IMG/VR virus record: IMGVR_UViG_3300028048_000057
Location: 64,001-128,000 of that record
Source: a virus
Lineage: Duplodnaviria; Caudoviricetes
Length of the DNA: 64,000 nucleotides
Reading direction: 5' to 3' (one strand)
Below are positions 10,274 to 19,877 of the stretch, in pieces (position 1 is the stretch's first letter; each line of letters begins with the position of its first letter). The notes below the pieces were generated by a model, which was not told the origin of the DNA, did no database searches, and was given only the letters and a program-made list of their open reading frames with translations. The translations under genes and the position numbers were made by a program.

Positions 10274-11623
10274 ATGAATAAATATCTTGAGAGTAGTCAA
10301 GTAAAAGTCTATCCTTCAGCATTTAGAAGTTCAGAAATAGATTTAGAAGCAAGTAGATTTACAGAAGGAAGTATAACTAAGTTAGTTAAAGCACCTTTAT
10401 TCAAAGAATCTTTTGTTAAAATTGAAAATAATGGTTCTATGACACTAGTTCTTGGAGGATATATTTTTACTATTATTGACCCAATTATTAATATTAAAAG
10501 TTTATTTAGTAATCAACCAGAAAGTATATATGCTTTCATTGTTTCAAAAGTAATAACCTCAACCAATGATAACATACCATTAACAATGTTGGTAAACATT
10601 GAGAATGAATCTTCAACTCTAGATGATACCTCAATGTTTAAGGCTCTTGCCTTTTCTGACACTAAGCCAAGTGAAGAAAATTATCCATTGCAAATTAAAG
10701 TTTTAGAATGGAGTGAAACATTAAATGATTATAAAGTTTCTTCTGAATCTAAATTAATTCTTGATAGCATTCAAATTAAAGATAATTTATCTGGTGATAA
10801 ATCAATTAGAGAATTATTTAAAACTGATGAATTATATGTTTTAGGGCAAAAAACACCTTCAGGAAAAACATATGGATTAAAGATTGATTCAAATGGATTA
10901 ATCCAAAAAAATAATTTAGAATATAGTGACCCAAAACTTACTGATGATGATGAAAATTATTCATATCTTACAGGAATTACAGTAACTAATGATGGTAAGG
11001 TAAGTACTACAAGATATACTCTTCCAGATGCAGGTGCTAATACTAAAGGATTAGTTAATACAGATAATCAAGAGTTTAGTGGGATTAAAACCTTTAATAA
11101 TGGTATTAAGACTAGTAGCATCTCTTCATCTGGTAGTGTAAATATTACTACTGGTTCTGGAGAGGCCCTTCAATACAATGGTTGGGAAGTTGCTACTAGA
11201 AAATATATGCAAGATTCAGGTATTTCTGCTACAGCAAAAAAAGCGGATGCTTTAAACTCTTTTAATAGTTATTGGATAGATTCTTCATCTCATTATATAG
11301 AGGTATATAGAGAATATAATTCTATTGATTTATCAATAGCACGTAAATTATATAATCATTATGTATATTTAGTTTTAGAACAAATAGATACTGTAGATGG
11401 TTACCATAGATTTTATAGTTTTGGAATTCATTATATACCGGCTCTATATAATGGAGGTAAAGTACGTGTGTATTTATCTGAAGTTAATTCTTATTTAACT
11501 GGTAATAATTTTATTGAGTTAGAATGTACCGAATCAGCAATTACAAGTATGAAATTTTATGCAGATAATCAATTCCTTAGTGGTTCCACTCCTGGAAAAC
11601 TACATTACCTCATAATAAAATAG
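10274..11623 (+). CDS. Tail fibre / receptor-binding protein
   Basis: LPDA...KGLV...QEFSGIKTF fibre repeat; last gene of the tail module. Confidence 0.6.
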   Translation: MNKYLESSQVKVYPSAFRSSEIDLEASRFTEGSITKLVKAPLFKESFVKIENNGSMTLVLGGYIFTIIDPIINIKSLFSNQPESIYAFIVSKVITSTNDNIPLTMLVNIENESSTLDDTSMFKALAFSDTKPSEENYPLQIKVLEWSETLNDYKVSSESKLILDSIQIKDNLSGDKSIRELFKTDELYVLGQKTPSGKTYGLKIDSNGLIQKNNLEYSDPKLTDDDENYSYLTGITVTNDGKVSTTRYTLPDAGANTKGLVNTDNQEFSGIKTFNNGIKTSSISSSGSVNITTGSGEALQYNGWEVATRKYMQDSGISATAKKADALNSFNSYWIDSSSHYIEVYREYNSIDLSIARKLYNHYVYLVLEQIDTVDGYHRFYSFGIHYIPALYNGGKVRVYLSEVNSYLTGNNFIELECTESAITSMKFYADNQFLSGSTPGKLHYLIIK

Positions 11624-11675
11624 ATATTTATTAGATTAAAATTAAATTGTATATTTATACAAAGGAATAAAATAT

Positions 11676-11792
11676 ATGAATCTTATTAAATGCCTAAATT
11701 GTGGAGCAAAGTATTTATCAGAAGAAATATTTTACCCTAATTTAGTCTTTAATAAAAATATAGAATTAGTTAGAGATGAGAATGATGTATAA
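11676..11792 (+). pseudogene. Truncated paralog (38 aa) of the downstream Zn-finger protein
   Basis: MNLIKCLNCGAKYLSEEIF versus IVCPHCGAKYMPSEIF in 11836..12147; AAGGA RBS; second CxxC missing. Confidence 0.6.
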
Positions 11793-11835
11793 TATATTGT
11801 ACTAATATATTAATAAAAGTGAAAGGAAAAAATTA

Positions 11836-12147
11836 ATGGAAGATAAGATAAACAAGGAACCTTTTATTGTCTGTCCTCATTGTGGAGCAAAATATATGCC
11901 TAGTGAAATCTTTATTGAAGAAGGTATATTAGGAGATGCTCATGAGATAGTAAAAACAAGCAAAGGTAACATAGAACATTATTTAGGTAAACCTTATGAT
12001 TTGCATGAAACCTATGTATGTGATTATTGTAACAAAGAATTTAAGATAGAAGGTACTATGGAATTCACTACTTCAAAAGTTGAAGATTTTGATGAAGATT
12101 ATGAAAAACCATTATTTAATAATAGAATTCAATTAGAAGAAAATTAA
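11836..12147 (+). CDS. Zn-ribbon protein
   Basis: CPHC and CDYC pairs. Confidence 0.7.
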   Translation: MEDKINKEPFIVCPHCGAKYMPSEIFIEEGILGDAHEIVKTSKGNIEHYLGKPYDLHETYVCDYCNKEFKIEGTMEFTTSKVEDFDEDYEKPLFNNRIQLEEN

Positions 12148-12159
12148 ATATTTAATATT

Positions 12160-13917
12160 ATGATTTATATAACAGAAGATAGACCAGAGAAGTTAGTGGG
12201 TATATCTTCTTTGTTTATATATGTGGATAAACCTAATATAGAAATTACAAATTTCATCAAATCTTTAGGTACTTATCAAATAAATGAAACAACAAAGGAG
12301 ATAGAAGTTCCTACAAATCAATTAGCCAAATTATTAGATTTTTTGGTTTATTTTGATGATGTTGTTTTTGATGCACTTGATTATAATGAGAATAGTAACT
12401 TCAAAAAAATGGAGGTGGAGCATAAAACTCCACCATTACCTCATCAAGTAGAGGGAATTGAATATGGACTTAATCACCCTAATTTTTTATTGTTAGATGC
12501 ACCAGGATTAGGTAAAACCATGCAAGCCACTTATTTAGCAGAAGAACTTAAGAAACAAGAAGGACTTGAACATTGTCTTGTAATATGTTGTGTTGCCTCT
12601 TTAAGAACAAATTGGAGTAGAGAAATAGATAAACATTCACTTGAAGATTGTTTGTTGCTGGGTGCTAGGTTTACGAGAACAGGAAACCTTGTTTGGGATG
12701 GTATTCCTAAAAGAGTTGAACAATTAAGTCAACCAATTAAAGAGTTTTTTATAGTTACAAATATTGAATCTTTAAGGAATGCTAAAATTATTGAAGCCAT
12801 AAAGAAAGGTCCAAATAAGATTGGGATGATTGTGGTTGATGAAATCCATAAAGCAAGTGGATACAACTCACAACAAGGACTTAATTTATTAGAATTAGAT
12901 GCTCCTCATAAAGTGGCCATGACAGGAACTCTAATAACTAAAAATCCATTAAGTGCTTATCTACCATTAGTTTGGATTGGAAAGGAGAGAAAAAGAAGCG
13001 TTACTAAGTTTAAAAACACATATTGTGAACTAGACCCAAATACTCTTGGAAGAATACTCTCCTTTAAAAACTTAGATATTTTAAAGAATCAATTAGCAAC
13101 TTGTTCTCTAAGGAGAACAATAGATGTTCTTGACTTTGATGAAGATAAGAAACTTCCACCAATAAAATTCATTGATGAATATTTAGACATGGACATTAAA
13201 CAAAAAGAGTTCTATGATGAATTTGAAAAATTAGCAAATGGTGAAGAAGAAGGAAAAGCCAAAAGTGATTTGAAAAAGAACTTGAAGAAAGAATGTGATT
13301 TAGTAAAATTACACATGGGAGACCAAAGAGCACTCATGATAAGACTTATTCAAGCCTCCACATGTCCTAGCATGTTAACCACATTGGATATTCCATCTTG
13401 TAAAATAGATAGAGCATTAGATTTAATAGAAGAAATTGTAGATAATGAAAATAAAGTAGTTGTCTTCTCTTCTTTTAAAAACCCTCTTTATAATTTACAA
13501 CAAAGATTAAAGAAAGAAAAAGGATTTGAATGTATAGTGGCTACAGGGGACCAAAGTGACCAAGAAATTATTAACTCTATAAATGAGTTTCAAAGTGCAA
13601 ATTCAAAGTGCAAAATTTTCTTAGCCACTACTCAAAAGATGGGTACAGGATTCACATTAACAGAAGCATCTTATGTAATCTTCTTAGACTTACCTTGGAA
13701 TGAAGTAGATTATTCTCAAGCATGGGGTAGAGTACATAGAATTGGTTGTAAGCATCCAGTATTTGTGTATAATCTTATGTGTGAAGATACTATTGATATG
13801 GCTATCTCTAGAGTTGTTTATAGAAAAGGAGCCTTAAGTAAATACATTGTAGATAATGTTGAAGACAGTGTAGTCACTAAAGCCTTGGGAAGAATGGTTA
13901 GTGATATAAAGCCTTAA
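12160..13917 (+). CDS. SNF2-family helicase
   Basis: DAPGLGKT, DEIH, MTGT, GTGFTL, QAWGRVHRIG motifs. Confidence 0.9.
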   Translation: MIYITEDRPEKLVGISSLFIYVDKPNIEITNFIKSLGTYQINETTKEIEVPTNQLAKLLDFLVYFDDVVFDALDYNENSNFKKMEVEHKTPPLPHQVEGIEYGLNHPNFLLLDAPGLGKTMQATYLAEELKKQEGLEHCLVICCVASLRTNWSREIDKHSLEDCLLLGARFTRTGNLVWDGIPKRVEQLSQPIKEFFIVTNIESLRNAKIIEAIKKGPNKIGMIVVDEIHKASGYNSQQGLNLLELDAPHKVAMTGTLITKNPLSAYLPLVWIGKERKRSVTKFKNTYCELDPNTLGRILSFKNLDILKNQLATCSLRRTIDVLDFDEDKKLPPIKFIDEYLDMDIKQKEFYDEFEKLANGEEEGKAKSDLKKNLKKECDLVKLHMGDQRALMIRLIQASTCPSMLTTLDIPSCKIDRALDLIEEIVDNENKVVVFSSFKNPLYNLQQRLKKEKGFECIVATGDQSDQEIINSINEFQSANSKCKIFLATTQKMGTGFTLTEASYVIFLDLPWNEVDYSQAWGRVHRIGCKHPVFVYNLMCEDTIDMAISRVVYRKGALSKYIVDNVEDSVVTKALGRMVSDIKP

Positions 13918-13923
13918 ATTTAG

Positions 13924-14042
13924 AATTTTTGAAAAAGGATGCTAACACTAAATTATTATAATAATTTAGAGCAAATTTATGTATTAATTATTTGTCTAAA
14001 CAACTTTAAAATTTTTGAAAAAGGACCGGCATACTAAATTAT
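13924..14042 (+). repeat. Bipartite direct repeat flanking an inverted repeat
   Basis: AATTTTTGAAAAAGGA-N7-ACTAAATTAT at 13924-13956 and 14010-14042. Confidence 0.75.
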
Positions 14043-14154
14043 GGATGATGAGAAAAAATTATTAGCAAGTTTAAGTGAAGAAGAAGTAATAGACTACATA
14101 GAAAGTCTAGAAGTGGAAATAGAACAAGAAAGGGAAAAACAAGATTATGAATAA
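14041..14154 (+). CDS. Small acidic protein (37 aa)
   Basis: MDDEKKLLASLSEEEVIDYIESLEVEIEQEREKQDYE; stop overlaps the next start. Confidence 0.4.
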   Translation: MDDEKKLLASLSEEEVIDYIESLEVEIEQEREKQDYE

Positions 14155-14365
14155 ACCTATACTTTATCATCAAAATGGGTGCGGAATGTGTAAAGCCCTT
14201 GAAATGATGTTAACAAAAAAGGGAATTGAATTTGAATCAATTCTTATTACATTAGATAATATAGAAGAATATAGAGAAAAAGGAATTACAGGAACACCAG
14301 CATTAGAAGTTAATAATAAAATCTTAATTAAAAAAGAAGCAAGTGATTGGGTAAAAGGATTGTAA
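14147..14365 (+). CDS. Glutaredoxin / NrdH-like redoxin
   Basis: CGMC active site, TP cis-Pro motif; adjacent to nrdD. Confidence 0.85.
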   Translation: MNKPILYHQNGCGMCKALEMMLTKKGIEFESILITLDNIEEYREKGITGTPALEVNNKILIKKEASDWVKGL

Positions 14366-14369
14366 TATT

Positions 14370-16283
14370 ATGGATGCTAAAACACTTGAAAAGAAATTAA
14401 ACTTTATTGATAAATATGCTAAAGCAAGTAATGCAGCAAGTGGAAGTGAATTTGATAGTAATGCTAATGTTGCTAGTATTAACCTTGCTACTCAAGAATG
14501 CGAATTAAGTAAAAAGGATTTTATTGATTTAAATAGAGCATTAGTAAAAAGATATTTACTAAAATTATATGGTGAAGAGGCTATTAATTATTTTGAACAA
14601 GATTTAAAAAATCATTTAATTTATGTACATGATGAATCTAGTTTAAAGCCTTATTGTGTTGCTTGTTCTTTATATCCTTTTTTATTAGATGGATTACAAG
14701 GATTAGGTGGTAGTGCAGGTGCACCAAAGCATGCAAATAGTTATATAGGTAGTTTGATTAATTTAGTATTTTTACTTGCTTCTCAATTTGCAGGAGCAGT
14801 TGCTATTCCAGAATTTTTAACTTATTTTGACCACTTCTTAAGATTAGATTATGGACAAGATTATGTTAAACATTTAGATGATATTGTAGAATCTATAGGA
14901 GAGCATAAATTTACTTTAAGACATAAGATTGAAGATTGGTTTCAACAATTTGTCTATAGTGTAAATCAACCTGCAGGGGCTAGAAATTATCAATCACCTT
15001 TTATTAATATTTCATATTTTGATAAAGGTTATTTTGAAAGTATATTCAAAGATTTCTTCTTTCCAGACTTTGATGAACCATGTTGGGAAACTACAAAAGA
15101 ACTTCAAAAGATGTTTATGAAATGGTTTAATAAAGAAAGAGAAAGAACAACAATTACTTTCCCAGTAGAATCTTTTAATCTTTTAGTAGATAAAGATACA
15201 CATAAGTATGTAGATGAAGAAAGTGCTGATTTTTGTGCAGAAATGCATTCAGAAGGACATTCATTCTTTATCTATCAAAGTGATAGTGCAGATTCATTAT
15301 CTTCTTGTTGTAGACTCAGAAATGGCATTGAAGAAAATGTATTTAGTACATCCATGGGTGCTGGTGGTATTATGACTGGTTCTAAAAAAGTCATTACATT
15401 AAATTTAAATAGAATTGTTCAAGATTGGTTTAATAAAGAAGTTAATGTTAAATATAAGAGAAATAGACAAACTCTTCCTGAGTATATTACTACAATAGTA
15501 AAAAGAGTTCATATGTATTTAAATGCTTGGAATGAGAAATTACATGAAGATTTCAATAATGATATGTTACCAGCATATAAAGCAGGATTCATTGATTTAG
15601 ATAAACAATTCTTAACAGTTGGAGTTAATGGATTTGTAGAGGCAGCAGAGTTCTTAAAAATTATGGGTGAATATGTCCCAGAATGTTACAAAGATATTGA
15701 AGTTAAACCAGAGAACAAAGCATATAGACAATTGGCAAAAGATATTTTAGGAACTATTGAAGATTTAAATAGAAAGAGTAGAGATGCTCATCATAAGTAT
15801 AACCTTGAATTTGTTCCAGGTGAAAATGCAAGTGCTAAGTTATATCAATGGGATAAGAGAGATGGTTATGTAGTCCCTAAAGGAAGAAATTTATATAATT
15901 CTTATTTCTATGTGGTTGAAGACACCACTATAGACCCAGTTAAAAAATTCTATTATCAAGGAGAAGGATTTGCTAGTGTATGTAGTGGAGGAGTGGCTTA
16001 TCACTGCAATTTAGATTCATTTTTATCTAAAAAAGTTTATAGAATGTTGATGGATGTTGCTGTTAAGGCAGGATGTAATTATTGGACCTATAATATTCCA
16101 GCAACAATATGTAATGATTGTGGATATAGAGATAAAAGATATTTGCATGTTTGTCCAAAATGTGGCTCTACAAATTTAGACTATGAAACAAGAATTATTG
16201 GATATTTGAGAAGAGTAAGCAATTTTAGTGAAGCAAGACAAGAAGAGGCTAAAAGAAGAGCCTATGGAAAGGTAGAAGAATAA
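14370..16283 (+). CDS. nrdD: Anaerobic (class III) ribonucleoside-triphosphate reductase
   Basis: IYVHD, PYC, SCCRL, C-terminal CNDC/CPKC and TRIIGY glycyl-radical motif. Confidence 0.95.
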   Translation: MDAKTLEKKLNFIDKYAKASNAASGSEFDSNANVASINLATQECELSKKDFIDLNRALVKRYLLKLYGEEAINYFEQDLKNHLIYVHDESSLKPYCVACSLYPFLLDGLQGLGGSAGAPKHANSYIGSLINLVFLLASQFAGAVAIPEFLTYFDHFLRLDYGQDYVKHLDDIVESIGEHKFTLRHKIEDWFQQFVYSVNQPAGARNYQSPFINISYFDKGYFESIFKDFFFPDFDEPCWETTKELQKMFMKWFNKERERTTITFPVESFNLLVDKDTHKYVDEESADFCAEMHSEGHSFFIYQSDSADSLSSCCRLRNGIEENVFSTSMGAGGIMTGSKKVITLNLNRIVQDWFNKEVNVKYKRNRQTLPEYITTIVKRVHMYLNAWNEKLHEDFNNDMLPAYKAGFIDLDKQFLTVGVNGFVEAAEFLKIMGEYVPECYKDIEVKPENKAYRQLAKDILGTIEDLNRKSRDAHHKYNLEFVPGENASAKLYQWDKRDGYVVPKGRNLYNSYFYVVEDTTIDPVKKFYYQGEGFASVCSGGVAYHCNLDSFLSKKVYRMLMDVAVKAGCNYWTYNIPATICNDCGYRDKRYLHVCPKCGSTNLDYETRIIGYLRRVSNFSEARQEEAKRRAYGKVEE

Positions 16284-16822
16284 TGTTAAAGGTATATGAT
16301 AGTGCTATAGTATTTGCAGAATTCCCTGATGAAATCACATTAGCAGTAAATATAAGTAATTGTCCAGGGATGTGTGATGGATGTTCAGAGCCTTGGCTTT
16401 TAGAAGATGTAGGTGAAGAACTTACTGAATCCAAGATTGATGAATTAATTAAAGACCATCCAGGAATAACTGTATTCGGATTAATGGGTGGAGATAGTGA
16501 CCATGATGATGTGGTTAGAATTGCTAATTATGTTCATGAAAAACACCATCTCAAAGTAGGAATGTATAGTGGAAGAGAATTCCTTAATATGAAACTTCTT
16601 GAGTGTTTAGATTTATATAAAATTGGTAGATGGATTATGCCAAAAGGACCAGTAGAAGAATGGCATCAAACAAACAACGGTGTTCTTCAATTTCCGTGGT
16701 CAAATCAACTTCTTTTTGAAAAAATTGGAAATATGTGGTTTAATACAACATATAAGTTTAGAAAAGAAAAAGTTGGAAATCCTAAGAGATATATAATTAC
16801 AGAAGAAGATAATAAAGAATAG
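16283..16822 (+). CDS. nrdG: Anaerobic RNR activase (radical SAM)
   Basis: CPGMCDGC (CxxxCxxC), MGGD, NQ; follows nrdD. Confidence 0.9.
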   Translation: MLKVYDSAIVFAEFPDEITLAVNISNCPGMCDGCSEPWLLEDVGEELTESKIDELIKDHPGITVFGLMGGDSDHDDVVRIANYVHEKHHLKVGMYSGREFLNMKLLECLDLYKIGRWIMPKGPVEEWHQTNNGVLQFPWSNQLLFEKIGNMWFNTTYKFRKEKVGNPKRYIITEEDNKE

Positions 16823-16855
16823 GTTCTCACATAGATTGAGAATCTTTTTTTTTTT
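16822..16855 (+). terminator. Intrinsic terminator after nrdG
   Basis: GGTTCTCA-loop-TGAGAATC followed by a long T run. Confidence 0.8.
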
Positions 16856-16880
16856 ATATTTTAAGTGTATAATAAGATGT

Positions 16881-17714
16881 ATGAAAATAATTTATAGAGT
16901 GTATGAAAAGGGTGAAGGTGGTACTGGTTTCTATGGAAACTATGATAACATCTTAAATCAAGAAGTTTGTTTTTGTAATAGCAGAGACCATTTCAAAGAA
17001 ATAATGAGAAGCATGTATGGAGAAGATATTGCTTTTAAAAATTCTAAGAAATTGCCTTTAGGGACTCCTTATATAGTTATTATTAGTGAAAATTGTCATG
17101 ATGCAGAAGAATATGTATCTGTGATGGATTATACTTGCTCTTGTTGTGGAAAACAATTTAAGTCAATTCCAAAGTCATTGAAGAAGATACATTCCACATG
17201 GGAATTTGATAGACTAAATCACAATCTATTTTTATCTAGACAAAATGAAATAGAAAATATGGTTTTTTGTTCAAGTTCTTGTCAAGAAAAAAAAGTTGGT
17301 GAAATAAAACAAGAATTTGAAAGATACAATGAAAAGAATGATATTGTTCCTGAATTTTATGTAGATAGAAATACTTTCTCTAGTTATAATCAATATGGGT
17401 ACATTTATAAAATAACTAAAAGAAGTACAGGTGAATTCTATATAGGACAAACAAAATATAATCCTATATTTAGATGGGGACAACATTTAACTACAGATAG
17501 ATTTCATGTTAAAAATATAATGGATTATATCTTTGAAGTTATTGATGTAGTTACTTGGGAAAATAGAGAGCAGTTGTTGGCTAAAGAGGCATATTGGATA
17601 AACCATGAAAGAGATAAGTGTCCAGAAAAATGTCTTAATAACCAAATTCCAAAAGAAGAAGATTGGAAAGAAAAATTAGAAAATGTATTGCATCAAGAAA
17701 AAATTGATGTATAA
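16881..17714 (+). CDS. GIY-YIG nuclease with an N-terminal Cys-rich region (start probably ATG 16881)
   Basis: GYIYKIT...FYIGQT...RW.QH...E..WI...N in the C-terminal half; CSCC and CSSSC upstream. Confidence 0.8.
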   Translation: MKIIYRVYEKGEGGTGFYGNYDNILNQEVCFCNSRDHFKEIMRSMYGEDIAFKNSKKLPLGTPYIVIISENCHDAEEYVSVMDYTCSCCGKQFKSIPKSLKKIHSTWEFDRLNHNLFLSRQNEIENMVFCSSSCQEKKVGEIKQEFERYNEKNDIVPEFYVDRNTFSSYNQYGYIYKITKRSTGEFYIGQTKYNPIFRWGQHLTTDRFHVKNIMDYIFEVIDVVTWENREQLLAKEAYWINHERDKCPEKCLNNQIPKEEDWKEKLENVLHQEKIDV

Positions 17715-17715
17715 T
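17688..17715 (+). promoter_or_regulatory. SigmaA-type promoter for the ROT-TerD gene
   Basis: TTGCAT-N16-TATAAT. Confidence 0.6.
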
Positions 17716-17722
17716 ATATTGT

Positions 17723-17797
17723 AGACAAACTAAGAGCCTATACTTATTTCTTGGGATAGCCTTTTAAGTTATTAGTTCAATAGTTAGGCCTTTGTCT
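17723..17797 (+). ncRNA. Bulged-helix RNA element, copy 1 (5' leader of the ROT-TerD gene)
   Basis: AGACAAA/TTTGTCT outer stem; GA-GCCTA-TACTTATTTC...TAGT-TAGGC-C core. Confidence 0.75.
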
Positions 17798-17815
17798 CAA
17801 TTTTGGAGGTAATTT

Positions 17816-19810
17816 ATGTTTAGTTTTAGTGAAAAATTATTAAAAATTTTAGTGATGAGACACTACTTAGTCTCATTATATCCAACTTGTAAAGAAGATG
17901 ATACTAGAAGAGCATATTTAAATGCTTATCTTTTATCTAATTTTGGTATTGTGGTAAATAGACCATATCTTTTAAGTGAGGATATGATTAAAATTATATC
18001 TACTATCTATAAATTAAATGTCCCAAAATCATTCTATGATAATCCACAAGATACTAAGTATTTTACAAGAGGCCAACTTTTAATGGAACAATTAGTTTCT
18101 TATTTCTTAGTGGAAACAGGAACAGGAATCTATGATAGAGTAGAACTCTTTAAAAAACATTTACCAGAATATGTGGTTGGTGATGAAATTAAATTAAGAA
18201 AATTCCAAATTTTATACATTGATGAAGCAAATGCAGTTTTAAAAGAAATTGCTACTTCTTTATGTGCATATACAAGACCATTCTCCTTAGAAGAGATGGA
18301 AGACTTTAAAACTCTTTATGCTAATGGTTTTGTTAGTGATGATGTAACTATTGGGTGCAAAGATAACATTATCAATATGCTTGATTTTGATGTTAGACTT
18401 GCTAGATTTTTAGATAGAAAGGATTTAGTAAAACTTTCAATTAAATTTGTAGGTGAAAAGAAAGTTGGTGTTAGAGAACAATTAAATAAATTAGATGCTA
18501 AACAAACTAATATTATTGTAAAATCTTTAGATTTGGTTAGAAATTGTCCTTTAACTAAAAAACAAGCAAAATACTTTAACAAATTACTTTCTATTTATAG
18601 TAGAGAAGAAGTACCAGTAGTGGAAGCAAATTCACCTTATAAATTTGCCATGAAATATTTGAAAGAAGGTAAGATTGTAGAAGCAGCAAGAGTGTTTTCT
18701 AAAAATGGTTCCCTTCTTGAAAGAAATTTAAGAATGCTTTTATCTAGAGCAAATCCACAAGAAGCAATGGAAATTATGAGCATGATAAAAGTTAAGAACC
18801 CAATGGTTTTATTCCAATTAGTTTCTTCATTAAAAGAAGAAGGAATTTCACCAAGAACTTTCTCATTCTTTAAGAATAATCTTGTTAAAAAACATATTGA
18901 AACTATATATGAAACTAAATGGAGAAAGTCTAGACTTAATGAATCCACAAATAAGTTTTTACATGATGCTTGTTTAGAAAAAGTATATGATTATTATAGA
19001 GGATTACCATCTTTAGGTAAAGTTTATATTAGTGATGCTTTTTATAAATTAGGAGTCCCTTCTAATACTAGTGCAAGTGGTAAAGGTATTGATGTTTTAC
19101 CAACAGGTTCTAGATTACCAATTCAAGGTAGTGCTATTAGAACCTTTGTTACTTGGAAAGGTGTATATGACATTGATGCTTCTATTTCTTTAATAGGAGA
19201 TAATAAGAAAGATTATCTTTTCTATGGTAATTATAGTGGAAAACCATTTGGTAATGATATTTTATTCTCAGGTGATTGTAGAGGTAATTCAGGTACAGAG
19301 TACTTTGACATCAAACTTGAACAAGCAAAAGCAAGAGGTTATAAATATCTTGTCTTCTCATTCCATGGATTTAATGGTAGATTAGACCAAGGTGAGATTG
19401 TTTGTGGATACCAAGACAAAACAAATCTTGAAACAAAGGCTTGGGATGCTAAAAATATTGCTTTCCAATTCAATGTTAAAGGGAATACAAGAGCATGTTT
19501 AGGTTTTGCTATTGACCTTACAACTAATGAAATGGTTATTCTTAATCTTATGGTTGAAGATGAATCTAGAGTTGTTCATAGTGGTACAGCAGATGATATG
19601 ATTTCTAAATACTTAAATTCAAGTTTCTTAGATATTAATATGGGCAATATCATTGCTTGTAGAGGTGAGGTTGTTAGTGACCCATGTGAAGCAGATGTTG
19701 TGTTTGATGATACATTTATGCCAGAAATGACTAAAGATGGAACACCAGCACAAAAAGTCATTAGAACATTTGATTTAGAAAAATTAGTTTCTATTTCAAG
19801 TGAAAAATAA
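17816..19810 (+). CDS. ROT/TROVE(Ro60)-like helical protein with a C-terminal TerD domain
   Basis: Helical N-terminal region (SFYDNP, GSLLERNLRMLL); C-terminal TW...DIDAS...SGD...EYFDI TerD motifs; matches the ROT-like+TerD architecture described for Prok-RING_4-type proteins, but lacks an obvious RING. Confidence 0.65.
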   Translation: MFSFSEKLLKILVMRHYLVSLYPTCKEDDTRRAYLNAYLLSNFGIVVNRPYLLSEDMIKIISTIYKLNVPKSFYDNPQDTKYFTRGQLLMEQLVSYFLVETGTGIYDRVELFKKHLPEYVVGDEIKLRKFQILYIDEANAVLKEIATSLCAYTRPFSLEEMEDFKTLYANGFVSDDVTIGCKDNIINMLDFDVRLARFLDRKDLVKLSIKFVGEKKVGVREQLNKLDAKQTNIIVKSLDLVRNCPLTKKQAKYFNKLLSIYSREEVPVVEANSPYKFAMKYLKEGKIVEAARVFSKNGSLLERNLRMLLSRANPQEAMEIMSMIKVKNPMVLFQLVSSLKEEGISPRTFSFFKNNLVKKHIETIYETKWRKSRLNESTNKFLHDACLEKVYDYYRGLPSLGKVYISDAFYKLGVPSNTSASGKGIDVLPTGSRLPIQGSAIRTFVTWKGVYDIDASISLIGDNKKDYLFYGNYSGKPFGNDILFSGDCRGNSGTEYFDIKLEQAKARGYKYLVFSFHGFNGRLDQGEIVCGYQDKTNLETKAWDAKNIAFQFNVKGNTRACLGFAIDLTTNEMVILNLMVEDESRVVHSGTADDMISKYLNSSFLDINMGNIIACRGEVVSDPCEADVVFDDTFMPEMTKDGTPAQKVIRTFDLEKLVSISSEK

Positions 19811-19820
19811 AAAAAGTTAT

Positions 19821-19848
19821 TTGCACTTATTTAAAATAGGTGTATAAT
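19821..19848 (+). promoter_or_regulatory. Promoter for the Y-like RNA pair
   Basis: TTGCAC-N16-TATAAT (GTGTATAAT). Confidence 0.7.
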
Positions 19849-19877
19849 AAATTATAAGGTGGTATTAAGGAGTACCA

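Noticed and set aside
10274-11623. Diversity-generating retroelement target in the tail fibre
   Set aside because: No reverse transcriptase or template repeat in the window
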